In this document: one piece after another, positions 12,010 to 24,491 of the stretch
How the letters are laid out: each line of letters starts with the position of its first letter
Position numbering within the stretch: the stretch's first letter is position 1
Assembly: GCA_049999805.1 (NCBI GenBank)
Contig: JBNGIO010006119.1
Coordinates: 40,770-104,769, forward strand
Direction: 5' to 3'
DNA length: 64,000 bases
Source of the DNA: Folioceros fuciformis
Taxonomy: Eukaryota
Made by a program: the position numbers and the translations under genes
Notes under the pieces: model-generated
Told to the model about the DNA's origin: nothing
The model's input: only the letters and a program-made list of their open reading frames with translations
Databases searched by the model: none

Positions 12010-13131
12010 TGCGCGCCTGTCACTAGCCAAGGCAGAGACGGTCTGTGTGCACCTCCGACGAAGCGCACACGCTGGAGCGTCTTACTTTCCTGCACAATAC
12101 AGTGCGCTCCACCGTTACCCCGTTGCCAGAGCCCTTCCTTGCACAGCAGACACGCGAGCAACCATCCTCCCTGAGCAACCCCTCCCATACTCCACCCGGA
12201 ATGCAACAAAAGCAGCATCCTGATCTGCCATGCACCAAACCAACCAGAACCCGGCCAGAGCCAGCGGCTGCCTCACTTACCTCACGCCTATCCGGCAGCT
12301 GCCTTCTTCCCCTTCCGCTTCAAGCCGAGAAAGCGCTCGAAATGCTCCGCTTCCCCGCTGCTGCCGCCGCCAGACGCAGCTAAGGCGGAGAGCGCAGGAG
12401 CACAAGGATAAGACCGCGAGAGCAGCGGGAGACAGATGATCCGGCAGATGGAGAGCTGCGCGGGAGGCAGCACGGCGGCGATACTGCGTCGAGATGTTGT
12501 CCGGAAGCCGCCCTCCCTTGCAATACCTCGGGCGGGTGGGCAGGTAGTTGCAGGAGTGCCGCTCCAGAGGAAATGGATGCTTCTGCGCATTTGCAACTAG
12601 TTCGAGGGGGCAGAGGCCACAGAGAGAGAAAAGGCGGGCGGCAGTTGGGTTGACCCCACTTTCTTTTTCTTTTTCTTTTCACATCGCCCTTCTCTCCGTC
12701 ATCCCCGCCATCCGTTCCCCATGCCACAAGCAGGACGATCGGATTACATTCATTTCACGCCTCACTCAAGTTAGGAACGTTTTAGCACCTACGTTACTAA
12801 ACCTCAACGTTAATTTTACCGTACACATGTGTACGTCTTGTTTTGTACAAAGTTAGGTGTGCACTTATTGTATTGTCTGTACATATGTCCATAGAAAACT
12901 TTCAGCACCCAGAAATACGGACCTAGGGAAGCCACAATGTTTAAAATTATGGACGGAACGAGCGGGAAGAGGGGCCCAGGTGCAGGAGGATTCCATTTCC
13001 GGAACTTGTCCTGTCCTTTCCTTGCCTTCCCTTTTGCACCAGGCATCTATCTATCTGGAGCGGGTTGGATCTCGTGCGGCCACTGAAGGTGCCGTCGCTG
13101 GCCGCCGGTGAGGGACCAGGAATGGGGATCG

Positions 13132-15025
13132 CTAGTACCCGCGCCTCATTTCCAGTTCGGCGAATACCATCTCGTTCCAGGAATCAGGCACCCCGGGGAG
13201 ACACCAGTGGCTGCAGTCCTGCTGGTTAATGGGCTTAGGTGGAACGGTGTTCCAAATCGCAGGATGTGCATCTCTGCGGTAATTGGTGGACAGGGTGACG
13301 TCCAGGAACGTCACCTGCTCTAGGTCAGAGTGGGCCAGCTCCTTCTGAATGATGGAGTTGGTAACAGGGATGCCATCCAGCCCTGGGGTATCGTCTGGGA
13401 ACGGCAACACCTCCTTGTGGCACGTCCCGCCGTCCTTCCAGGAGCCCCCTCTGTGGAAGGAAGAAAGCAAGGAGGAAGGTGCGTTACACTCTGCGCTTCA
13501 TCTGGACGGGGATCAGGACGACACTGGTGAGGGTAGGGTACCTGAAGTGGGCAGCAGCAAAGCCGCGAAAGAATACTCTTGTCCGGTTCAGATCAACCTT
13601 GGACTGCGTCCATGTTGACCATGTGAGCATGGCTCTGGTGAAGGCATCCTCTATACTCATGCTCACGTTCACCTCCGTCCCCTCTTGGAAGAAGACTCCT
13701 CTGGCACAGGCAGAGCATCTGGCCCGTCAGACAAAACACTTCCACAGATCGGACAATACGCCTTGAAGGGCCCGAGGCAATGGCTAGCTTGCTTACAAGT
13801 TGCTGGTTTTCGCGGGAGTCCACCAGTGCCCCGTGTTGAAGATGAGAATGTCAGCGTTCAGCCATTTAGACGACGTCCAGTCCATGAAGTCTAATTTTAG
13901 GGTCGTCTTTACTCCCGGCGGTGAATTTGGAGGAGCCCTTCCGTGAGGGACCAGGAATGGGGATCGGTAGTACTCCACGTTGCAGTCGTAGTCGTCAAAC
14001 CGGAATCGCAGAAACCCTTTGTGCTTGGTGATGGGATTCCCGTTCAATTCGTATATCCTACTCTTGTTGGCCACTGCCGAAGACAGTATGCACAGCATGG
14101 ATTCCCACTGGTTGCGCCCCAGGGAGTCCCCGATAAACACCATTCTTCGTCCTCGGAGGCTTTCCAGCACCTGCTTGGGGTCCAACCGTGGCATGTCGCA
14201 TCCAGACGGTTGCCACCGCCAGTTCTCATACTGACGGTCAGGCCGTCCGTTGTCCCCACATCGAAAACCACCGTCTGCAAAAGTGCAGTCCTCTTCTCTG
14301 TACAAGGGATAGGACGCATTGTCAAAAACCCACCGTCCAATATAGATATTACAGCCGCTCACATCCGGTGAATGTCCGGCGTTGGCCTTCTCTTCAGGAG
14401 GCGGCCCTTCACTCTTCGGCTGACCTTCATCCTGAGGCCCAGTCCTTTCCTCCTGTTTCCCAATCTGCGGGCTAGGGATAGGAGTAGAATCTGCGGCAGT
14501 TGGAGGCGGAGGATTGGTCGGAGGGCTGTCCCCTTCCAGAATCTTGTCATCCAACACCGGGGGAAATGAGTTACCATAACCTGTAGTTGGGACCTGCCTC
14601 GCCTGCAAGAAAGGTAAGAGGCTTGGAGACTCCAAACCTCTTACAACTTTCTCCTCCTCACTGCCTGCTCCTGCCTCCAGTGAGGTATTTGACCCTACGC
14701 CACTCCCGCCTGGTAGTTGCTCCCAGTCTCCAGGCTTCGGTACGGTGCCGATTTCCTGCTCGGCGGCCGGGACCTTATCCTCAGGCGGAGTCGGGCCCTC
14801 AAACTGACCTCTAGAGAACAACACGCCAACCTCCTTTGCCTGGTGCATCAACAGCGAGGAGGGCGCAACCGCCAGATCAAAATAGATAAAGCAAATCAAG
14901 ACTACAGCAGCAGCGGAGAGGATGAGCGTCTTGGTGCTGCAGCTCTGCAAATCACATCGGGATAGCAGCCTATTCCAGCTCAGCCAATCCAGCTGCAAAG
15001 AATTCCCTCCTCTGGAATTCTTCAT
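13132..15025 (-). CDS. Trichome-birefringence-like polysaccharide O-acetyltransferase (TBL10/11-like; PMR5N + PC-esterase)
   Basis: N-terminal TM helix; CNIYIGRWVFD..YPLY..C..NGRPD..WRWQP; GDS motif (FIGDSLGRNQWESMLC); NTGHWW; DxxH motif (DCSHWCLPGVPDSWN). Two short introns at ~13702-13796 and ~13452-13541. Confidence 0.92.
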
Positions 15026-16714
15026 CGCATCGTTCTCAGCAGTCTCAACCGCAGTGCTGCCCTCGTCCAACTAGTTTGTCCTTCAGGTGACGCATTTTCG
15101 GGGGACCAGGTTGGAAGCTTGGTGTTACCAATTCAGGCGAGCGACAACTGCTCACGCTGCAGCGTCATCAATGCGTTCTTCCAAGAACGCATCAGGAAGA
15201 GATCTGCAGTCGGGCCTCCCTCCAGGGTCACCCAAACCTCCAACACCAATCAATGGCTCCCACACACTGCATTTCTCCCCTGCAAACCAACTACGTAACC
15301 GAACTACACAGCCGCGCCGAAGGGCATCAAAACCCGCACTCCCGCATTTATTTTCTTGTCGTCCTCCTCTTCCTGCCCTCGGCTGCATTCTTGATACCCG
15401 AACGGCCTGGGCAAACGATGGTTACGCTGAAGCTGTGCTTCGTCATCGATGTAGTAGTCACACCTCTGAGGACATAAACCGGAGTGCCTCTCACAATCAG
15501 AACGGCGCCGTTCTGATTGTGCCTCTCCCAGATCCCCGCAGCGATGGTGCCAAATCAAAACAAACCCACCCGAATCAAAACCCACCTAACCGGAGTGACC
15601 CAAAGTCCGAAGGTTGCAAATTGAAACTCCAGACTCGGAGAAGCTTGCTGTGAGGCCTTCCTGGAGAAATCAATTTCTGCTTGGTCAGAAGGAAAGAAGG
15701 AATTGGAGAACCCTGAAGTGCATCAAATATAGAGTAAACTAGGATCGGGGGGTCAACCTGGCCGGCACGATGATCCTTGTAGCGCACGCCCAGGACTGCT
15801 GGTTGGATGCTGGGAAATGGCAGCCCGTTTGCACGCGGAGTGGCATGAATAGTAGTGACACACGTCTAACTGCCGGAAGGTTGGGCAGACATGGCGACAT
15901 GGCCCGGCGGGCGGCAAGAAAATGGCACTTCATCGTCTTCACATGAAGTCCTGCCAACCATTTCCTTCGCATCATAAGTGCACTGCACAATCAGGTGCTG
16001 GATCATGAAAGCACAGCAAACGCCGGTGAGAATTTGGGTATGTATGTACTCCGTTGCGACATGCCACTGGAAGTCGCAGGAGCCCTGAGTGTACCATTGA
16101 GTGGACTGCGACCGCTCTCGGTACGGAGTGTCAATCTGTGGACAGTCCTCTGCCACCCCGACATGGCGTCACGTGAAAATGGATGTGTACTATACCGGCT
16201 CCCTGTGTCACGACACACACCATTGCTCGCATGCTGCAATTCTGCACCTCGGATAAGGGCACATGAATGAGGCACGTCAGACAAGAACCCACCATCAGAT
16301 GAAACTCCTGGGAAGAAGCATTGAAAGCGTGCCCAGCACTTACAATTGCATCTGCAACGCGGATTTAGGTGCACCAAAAAAATACTTCTCCTAGCCTGTC
16401 ATTGGGTCTAGAATGCGTACCGCCCTTGCGTTTATCCTGAATGCTGTCATCTTAGCCTGGCCTCTAAGGTTTGGGTCAACCCCGCAGTGACACCACAAGG
16501 CGCGGTGGCACTAAGAATTTTACGGACACAGTAGATATGGACACAGTAGAGTGAAAATCCCTTACAGACCAACAATATTGTACATGGTCACAGGTCTCCA
16601 GACCAACTCCTTGCTGCGCTTTCAACGTTCCGCCCCACTTACGAGCAAGGACAAAACCGAGTTTAGGACAAGGGGGAAGAGGTGACTATCAACTTCCCCC
16701 CGTATCCACCCAAT

Positions 16715-19700
16715 TCACAGGTGCTTGGCGACACATAGAGCAGTACAGGGTGAGGGCGGGAGCACACAAAGCAAATGGGGGCCTGCAGGACTATGGTTGA
16801 TGTGTGCCTTGTTGATGAGGGGGAGCCGCAGGGAAGGGGGATGGACATGACCAGCAGCCAAGGGGACGCACACCATGGAGACAGTCACTCGGGATCCCAC
16901 GTCTGGCGCTAACGCTATGATTCCTTCTTTGCGTCCAGCAATCATCCAATTCTCTTCATTCATCTTTATCTCGTACAGCAACTCCTCATTGTCTTCTGCG
17001 TTCACCTGCTCTAGCTTGGCACTGTCAAGCACACCCTCCGGATCCCTCTGCAGAACTGTAGCCCACCCTGCCTTCAACCTCTCTACTCTCCACTGCAGTA
17101 TCACTGGCTGCCCTAACTGTGGGGGTACCAAAGGAGTAGGCAAAAGCCCCACAGCCAACAGTTGTTCAACAACTGGCATCTTCAACATGAATGCGCTAGT
17201 GAAAAGCAGGCCAGTATCACCTTGCTCCGTTCCCTGCTGACCTGCACTGTCAGGGGGGGCATGAGCCCCAGATCTGCGGTTTCCTGAAATTCTATACCAC
17301 ACCTCTAACACACTCTCCTGTGAGCCTACATCCTCCCTATCCCCACCCGTACCAGCAGATACTACAAAAAGTAGAGCACCCTCGGACGTTGCTGTCAAGG
17401 TGAGGGGCAACAGCTGCTGACAATTTGGCACGAGCGATTCTACATGGACAAAGCCTGGCTGCAGTTTCAACTCTGCAGAAACCACCGTAGTCGTGGCTAC
17501 TACTTGAGATACCAAGGTCACCTGTACAATGAATGCTCGGTCATTGCCTTTCCTCTCGACTCGGGTGCTAGTTCGAAAAGGCTCTGCAAACTGTACGGAG
17601 ATACTCCTCTCACAAACTTGGCTTCGGGCTGCGCCGAATTCCATCTTCACGTTGATATCCTTTACCACACCTGCCACAGGACTTGAGTTTCTGGGTGACA
17701 CCCGTTTCAGATTTGTATCAGCTCTGGGGTCAACAACTCCAGCACCTGATGAGCCACTTTGCCTCCTACTAGACAGTGCTGAACTCGCGAGGACCCTAGG
17801 TGACGGAGGAGAAGGGGGCAGCTGCACCCCGGCAGATGACGACTCATTTTCTGTTGCCTGCTTCACTACAAGCTTCAGCCACAAAATACAAGCCACAGTG
17901 CTTGCCCATTCCGGGTACTCGACCTTGCCACCATTCACCTCCACAACCTCAATTTCTGGGGTCAGAGTCTCCACAACCTTTTCGGCCTCATCACCTGAGG
18001 GCTTGGTTGGCAAGTTCAACCGCTCAAGCTCTGCTTCTTTCAAGTCATCCAGATCCAAGCCAGATCCTGCGGAAATGTACAGGATGGCACCTTTCAGAGA
18101 ATAGTCCTTGGGCTGGATGATGAGTCCCACCCACTGAGGTGCCCCTAGAAGCAACCCCCATCCTACAGCAGCAGACATCTCCACGAGAACTCTTGGGGAC
18201 GTGACCTCCAGGACTGGCCGTACAGATTTCTCAACTATCAAGTAGTCATCACTATCAGGAGCTCCACTCTTCGAGCTCACTGCACTCGTTGTACAGTAGG
18301 TATGCGACCTCACTTTTACTTGCCCGATTTGCCCTGTCAAGGCTCCAAGGACATAAGAACCAGCTCGTAATGGAGGTAAAAGGAATGCAAGAACCTGTTT
18401 GCCCGGCTGCAACACAGGGGTATCTGCACTCTGCACTATCTTGGCACCTTCATCAGAACTGTAAGTTGTTACCAAGGTTAGACTCAGCAACTCCAAGGAA
18501 ATATCTTCTGGAAAGCCGCTCCATACAAAGACCTGCAATACTCCTGGGTCACCTTCACAGAGCTCCAAAGGTGGGCTCGCTCTGGGTGAAAATGATATCA
18601 AGGCAGACACATCCAAAGAAACTGGATTAGGAAGCCCACTATTAGCCAGCCTCACCAGCTCAGCCTGCAGGCTCTTACGTTTTTCATCAGAAACCAGCCC
18701 CTGACCCAAGGACAATAATTTTGAGCAGGAGGACAGGTAGCCAGCCAGATCCTTAAGCTGCAGCTGGCAATCAGAAAGCCGTGGCAACACCTGAGCCAGC
18801 AGTAAATTCCATCGCTCACCTGCATATAGAGCACAGATCTTCTCAAAGAGTTTGGCCGCAGCATCCACATTTCCGCGCTTGTACTGGACAGCTGCAATTT
18901 CACCATCGAGTACAACGCCGTGTCTTGCCCTCCACGACAGGTGGAAACTATCTGCTGCAGCCTGAGTCAATTCCAAGTAAAAGTCCTCGCAGGCGGTGGC
19001 AGATGAAAATGCATTCTTCAGCTTGTCATCTGTCAACAAATTGAAAAGAGCACTTTCTGCTGCAACCTGTACCTCAATAAGTTTCATGGGCTTATCTATG
19101 ACACGATTTGCAGTACCAGGGCTGGTAAGCTGACCGTCAGTAGAGGTTGGGGTGGTTGGAAGAGAGTGAGAAGATGACCTCACATGGTGTCCCCCCTCAG
19201 CAGCGTCTCTGTCCTTCAGAGGAGCACGGCTTTCAAGCAGCTCCGTGATATTACCCGTCGACAGAGAAGCTCTCCTTCGGTTTGCCTCTCTGAGGAGCAC
19301 ACTAGGAGCCAGGGAGAGCTGTTTTTTGTTTGAGCCATTGGCCACGACATTGACAGATGCAGCCTGTTGCTTCTCGAGCACCCGGTCTTGCGAGTCAGCA
19401 GGAAGAGCTGGCCAACATAATGGCCTTGGCCATGGCAACATACTCAACGCAGAACTATTACAAGGACTTCTTTCGATAATATCAGTGTAGCCGATCAGGT
19501 CCGCCAGCCTCATGAACTTGGTCCGAGCATGCGAACATAAATCCCCGCGCACCCGATAAAACTCCTTCTCAGCATCAGGGTTGAACAACTTTGGAGCACC
19601 ACGCTCAGATATTCCTTTCACCAGAGCCATGCAAGCTGTGATCACCCAGACTTCCTTCAGGCAGAAGGACAGCGTCTTCTCATTGCACGAGAGAATTCTT

Positions 19701-20698
19701 GAAAATGATAGAATGAACACAAAGCCACGAGATGCCACTTCAGCAGCACGACCGGCTCTGAACAACAGCACGGCCTGTCTAGCGAAAAGGTACTGCCTGA
19801 AGTCGAACTCCCGAACAGAATCATCCTGCACAAACTGGGCCAAAGGTTTCCGGTTCACTTCAAGAAGAGCGGCCCTATCATCACCAGGATCCATGCCTCC
19901 GAACTCTCTGGACTTGAGTTTGTCGGCACTCAATAATTCAACGAAACACTGTTCCAGTTCACTGTACTCACGAAGAGCATCATCATAGACGCCTGCCATT
20001 TCAAACATACTTGCAGCGTTCTCCTTGATCATAAGAAAATCGCTAAAGCTCCAAGACGGGGAATATCGAGTCTCTGTGAGTTTGCGTGACTCGTCCTCAT
20101 AATACAGCATTCTCCTCTCCAGCGTATTCCTGATGCATTCCACCATCTTAGCCTCCACCTCATCCCACAGCGTCACGTCTGCGGCACTGAGATCGAACCT
20201 ACAGCACCTATCCCTCCGCTTGGAGCTGAAATCATCTTGCAACTTGCTGAAGACCTTTCTGATCATCCTCTGTGCCGCTTCAGCGGGAGGCGTTTTGGAC
20301 ACAAACAGGATGAACCACTCCCGATCATCATTCTGCAACATCCCCTTCAGCCGCGGTTTCAATATCGACCGATACTCATCCTGGTCCTCGCAGCTGACCA
20401 GAACAACCGAAGCATATGGAAACTGGTAGCAGAAGGGACTCTGCTCCTGCGACTGCGAGATCCTCCCACGCAACCTGGCATCAGTAGTGAGAACATACTC
20501 AACCAACAGCTTCTCCACTAGAATGGTGCTGTGATCCTTGTTCACCAGATGCACCTTCTTGAAGGGGACGCGAGCCTCAAAACCCTCCTTGAAGGTTGGC
20601 CACAGGTCATTCACATCCTCGATCGCCACCACAATGCTTTCCCAAGAAAACTTCCCGCTGGGCAGCTTAGATAGAGGGGTGGAGGATGATGTAGCCAT
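16715..20698 (-). CDS. TRS130: TRAPP II-specific subunit TRAPPC10/TRS130 (CLUB), single exon
   Basis: 1327-aa ORF with DVNDLWP, YRSILKPRLK, FEMAGVYDDALREYSELE, REFDFRQYLFARQ, WRARHGVVLDGEIA, and C-terminal NWMIAGRK..CVPLAAGHVHPP, consistent with plant TRS130. Confidence 0.9.
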   Translation of the reverse strand: MATSSSTPLSKLPSGKFSWESIVVAIEDVNDLWPTFKEGFEARVPFKKVHLVNKDHSTILVEKLLVEYVLTTDARLRGRISQSQEQSPFCYQFPYASVVLVSCEDQDEYRSILKPRLKGMLQNDDREWFILFVSKTPPAEAAQRMIRKVFSKLQDDFSSKRRDRCCRFDLSAADVTLWDEVEAKMVECIRNTLERRMLYYEDESRKLTETRYSPSWSFSDFLMIKENAASMFEMAGVYDDALREYSELEQCFVELLSADKLKSREFGGMDPGDDRAALLEVNRKPLAQFVQDDSVREFDFRQYLFARQAVLLFRAGRAAEVASRGFVFILSFSRILSCNEKTLSFCLKEVWVITACMALVKGISERGAPKLFNPDAEKEFYRVRGDLCSHARTKFMRLADLIGYTDIIERSPCNSSALSMLPWPRPLCWPALPADSQDRVLEKQQAASVNVVANGSNKKQLSLAPSVLLREANRRRASLSTGNITELLESRAPLKDRDAAEGGHHVRSSSHSLPTTPTSTDGQLTSPGTANRVIDKPMKLIEVQVAAESALFNLLTDDKLKNAFSSATACEDFYLELTQAAADSFHLSWRARHGVVLDGEIAAVQYKRGNVDAAAKLFEKICALYAGERWNLLLAQVLPRLSDCQLQLKDLAGYLSSCSKLLSLGQGLVSDEKRKSLQAELVRLANSGLPNPVSLDVSALISFSPRASPPLELCEGDPGVLQVFVWSGFPEDISLELLSLTLVTTYSSDEGAKIVQSADTPVLQPGKQVLAFLLPPLRAGSYVLGALTGQIGQVKVRSHTYCTTSAVSSKSGAPDSDDYLIVEKSVRPVLEVTSPRVLVEMSAAVGWGLLLGAPQWVGLIIQPKDYSLKGAILYISAGSGLDLDDLKEAELERLNLPTKPSGDEAEKVVETLTPEIEVVEVNGGKVEYPEWASTVACILWLKLVVKQATENESSSAGVQLPPSPPSPRVLASSALSSRRQSGSSGAGVVDPRADTNLKRVSPRNSSPVAGVVKDINVKMEFGAARSQVCERSISVQFAEPFRTSTRVERKGNDRAFIVQVTLVSQVVATTTVVSAELKLQPGFVHVESLVPNCQQLLPLTLTATSEGALLFVVSAGTGGDREDVGSQESVLEVWYRISGNRRSGAHAPPDSAGQQGTEQGDTGLLFTSAFMLKMPVVEQLLAVGLLPTPLVPPQLGQPVILQWRVERLKAGWATVLQRDPEGVLDSAKLEQVNAEDNEELLYEIKMNEENWMIAGRKEGIIALAPDVGSRVTVSMVCVPLAAGHVHPPSLRLPLINKAHINHSPAGPHLLCVLPPSPCTALCVAKHL

Positions 20699-21480
20699 AA
20701 TTGCACCATTCAGGACTGGAGCGAGCTCATCCGGGACTCTAGATCGAATCTGTGCATCACACAGAGCTCAGGCTCCCGCAACCCAGCTTCCGTCCTCAAA
20801 GCTCAAAACTAAACCCTACCCACTGCTGCAAGCCCAGCCCCTGCCGCAGCACGCTACCTGAGAATGCATCGTTCCCGAGCCCACCCCAAGAGTAGGACGG
20901 GCTTCGTACCTACCTACCTGCGTTGCGCTGCGCTGTCTGCAGAAGCAGCTGGAAATGACTCTAAAATCTAGGATCACACAAGCTGTCTCCTACTACGCAG
21001 GCATCCCTGTCGCATTGTCCACAGCCAGGCCATCCTGGAAGCAGCTCCCGCCATTTCAAGCCCCCGCAACACAGCCTATGCCTGCACCTCAAAGTGCTTG
21101 CCACTACACATCGCTGCCCCATCCTCCGACAGCCCGAGCCCGAGCCGGTGCCCGCGCCCGAGCCTGTGTGGTCGGAATGTCTGCCCCGGCCGCCTCCATG
21201 GACAACCCTCGGGCGAGGGAACCAGAGACGCTGGTTCACTTAACCGCGGTCAGTGTCAATGGATTCGGCACTGCACGCTGCGGGTGTGTGAATCTCGGTG
21301 GTGGTGAGCTCAGCAATGCGAGACATGGACTCCACCCTCTGCTTCATGTTGTGAGCTACACGTCTGTCGCATTTACATTGCAAGTCGCCAGCTGTTGGAA
21401 TTCCACCGAAATTGTAGGCCGTTGGCGGAGCCCGGCTGCTTGGTTGGAGATAACGGGGTCTGGTTACGTTTGGGTGCACC

Positions 21481-24400
21481 ATGAATCCATTGGACCTGCT
21501 CCGACCCATGATGCGAGGCTGGACTGTACCTCTGGCGATATTCGCCAGCACGTACTTGCTCTTCAGTCAGTTTCTCCTTCCCTCGCAGGTTTGCAGCTTT
21601 TGACAGCGGAATCCCTGCAATTTGAGGAGAAGCACTCAACTTGACTGTATGCCCAACGCCTGACCTGGCTGTGGCAGAAGGGGGAATGTGGGTTGCTTCC
21701 GTATGATCACTTTGTGGTGTTCAGCAAACGTGTTGTCACGCCTGGTGGAGTGATACCTGCCGGAGGTATTGAAGTAACTGGGTTGCACATGGTGGCAACA
21801 ACCCAATGAGGCGTGCTCGAATTTGTAAAGTCTGCTTTCACCCGTGGTCTTGCAGTGGAGGTGGAAAATGGGAGGATTGTGTCGGTAATCAAAAGACGTG
21901 AAGCACCAAAGCCGAGAGAAGGGCTCCATGTGCTTGACTATGGGAACGCAGTTGTGATGCCAGGCCTCATCGATGTGTAAGAGCTGCGTTTTGTTTCTAC
22001 AGAGGCAGAGCTGTCATCGCTGCCAGAGTTCTGAATGACGTGTTGTCGTGAAATTACAGGCATGTTCATTTGGATGAGCCGGGTCGTGAGGAGTGGGAAG
22101 GGTTTCTGACTGGGACACAAGCTGCTGCTGCTGGTGTGATTGTCGTGGAAATGTCTTACCCACGTTTCACTGATTGCCTGCTCTGAAGGAGACATTTTGC
22201 GGTAACGCATTTGTGGGTTCACAGGTGGAATAACGACCTTGGTGGACATGCCTTTGAATAGCTATCCTGCAACCACCACAGTGGAGGCTTTTGAGCTTAA
22301 GGTACGTTTCTTTCATGCTTTTCTGATACTGCTGCTATGTCTCGAAGGAAGTTTCGACTCAGCCAAGCAGTGATATTGACTTGGTGCGTGCCTTCACAAC
22401 ACCACTCATTTTGGTGGGCTAGCAGCTTCGAGCCGCAAAAGGAAAACTCGCTGTGGATGTAGGTTAGTACTCTACGCAGTACTCAGCCACTGTATCGAAG
22501 CCAAGAACTAAAAGATGTAGGCAAACATTTTGTTGTGTGGTCTGCTCTTTGTTCTGTGTTGCTGATCCCAAAGTGTACCTAAAGCTCCGTGGATCTGAGT
22601 ACTTCGTGGCTTCGTTGCCAGGCTTTTGGGGTGGCCTCGTTCCAGGAAATGCTGAGAACTTGACTGCTTTAGCTGAGCTTTTAGATGCCGGCGTTCTTGG
22701 ATTGAAGGTACATCTTCGGCAATGTTGTTTCTCTTGTCGTGTGAAGTTCTCTGAGTTCTGCAAATGAGACACGTACGAGGAACTGACAGATGCTGATCTG
22801 TGAAGTCGTTCATGTGCCCTTCAGGCATCAATGACTTCCCGATGACCACAGCTGCCCATATAAAGGTAAAAACATGCTTCCGGTGGATTTAGGACGGTCT
22901 GGATTATTTGGTTTCTGAAATTGCAGTCTACCGTACATGCCTGGTGCAGGCATCCTTGAATGTGCTTGCAAGATACGGACGTCCGATCTTGGTCCATGCT
23001 GAAGTCCCACTCGAAGAAGACGAGGGAGGAGCATCGGAAGGACGGTCCATGAGAGATAGCAGATCATATCAAACTTATCTTGACAGTAGGCCGCCTGCAT
23101 GGTTAGTTGTCATGTGCCCTTGAAATCCGTGTGTTGTATGTCTTTTCAATTGCGGCAGCCAAATTGCTCCACGCGATTACGCTCATCTCTCAGCGCGCGG
23201 ACAACGCACCAAGGGGCGTCGGAGACGACCACTGGAATCAAATGGCCGGTTTTGATGCATTCCAACCCTTCAGTTCCCAGTTCTTCAACTTGCGTCTGAG
23301 CTTGCAGGGAGCAACGAGCAGTCCAACAGCTGGTGGATGTAGCTGAAGCGACAGGAGTTGGAGGGTCGGCTGAAGGTGCTCACATCCACGTCGTCCACCT
23401 TTCAGATGCGGATGGCACCCTGGATCTCATCAAGGTACACGAAACCTCTCTTTGCAGTCTTTTCTGAACGGCAGTCACGGAAAAAGCTATGCGGTTTGGC
23501 AGGAGGCGAAGGCCAAGGGGTATGCTCTGACCGTCGAGACTTGCCCCCACTACCTGGCATTGGCTGCGGAGAACGTGACGGATGGGGACACAAGGTTCAA
23601 ATGCGCCCCGCCATTGAGGGCATCATCAAACAGGCTCAAGCTGTGGCATGCCCTGAAGGTGAGCCAACCATGCCATCCTCGTGACAGATCCACGATGTGA
23701 GTCAAGCTTGTCAGCGTTCGTAGTTTACGGGCGTCGTTATGGGTGCCCTGCAGGACGGCAGCATAGACCATCTCAGCTCCGATCATTCCCCCTCCACGCC
23801 GGAGCTGAAACTCCTCCAGGAAGGCGACTTCATGAAGGCATGGGGCGGCATCTCTTCTCTACAGGTCGGCCCCATCTCTCGGCCCGTCCGCTCTTGAGGG
23901 TTGCCCTGTCCCATACATGCCCTCGTCCCCGGCATGAAGCATGCTGCTTCTTTCACACGTGTGCAGCTGGTGCTCCCCATTACGTGGACCTTCGGGCAGC
24001 CACAAGGCATCACATTAGAGGAGGTCTCGGCCTGGTGGAGCAGCGCTCCTGCACAACTTGCCAAGTTGTCAAGAAAGGTGAAACCAACTTTATCCTCTTG
24101 TCCTCAGTTGCTGACTGGTGAAGTCGTCGTCTTACGTGCGACCGGTTCAACAACGATGCCCATCCCCAGGGCTCGATCGAGTTTGGGAAGGATGCAGATC
24201 TGGTAGTGTGGGATCCTGAAGCGTCATTCATCGTGGGCAACGAGTTCCAGCTTTTCCACAAGCATAAGGTCAGGGGCGCTGAGTGAGTCAGTGCCTTGAA
24301 GCTCACGGCCCATGGGCCTACCTGCTTCCCACCAACCTGACTAAGTAGGTGTGTGCTTCTCGCAGTTGACACCTTACTCGGGACTTCCTCTGTCGGGAAG

Positions 24401-24491
24401 GGTGATCTCCACCTTCGTCCGAGGCTCACAGGTGTTCAGCGAAGGCCACCACGGCAGCAGGCCCTGTGGAAGCCCCATCTTGGCCGTGTAG
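21481..24491 (+). CDS. ALN: Allantoinase (amidohydrolase superfamily), multi-exon
   Basis: Spliced exons give a hydrophobic N-terminal anchor, [93 protein letters not shown]; stop TAG at 24489-24491. Confidence 0.93.

Noticed and set aside
20955..21644. 229-aa ORF as the allantoinase N-terminus
   Set aside because: It is in a different frame from the exon (ATG 21481) that gives a signal anchor and splices in phase to the conserved region.
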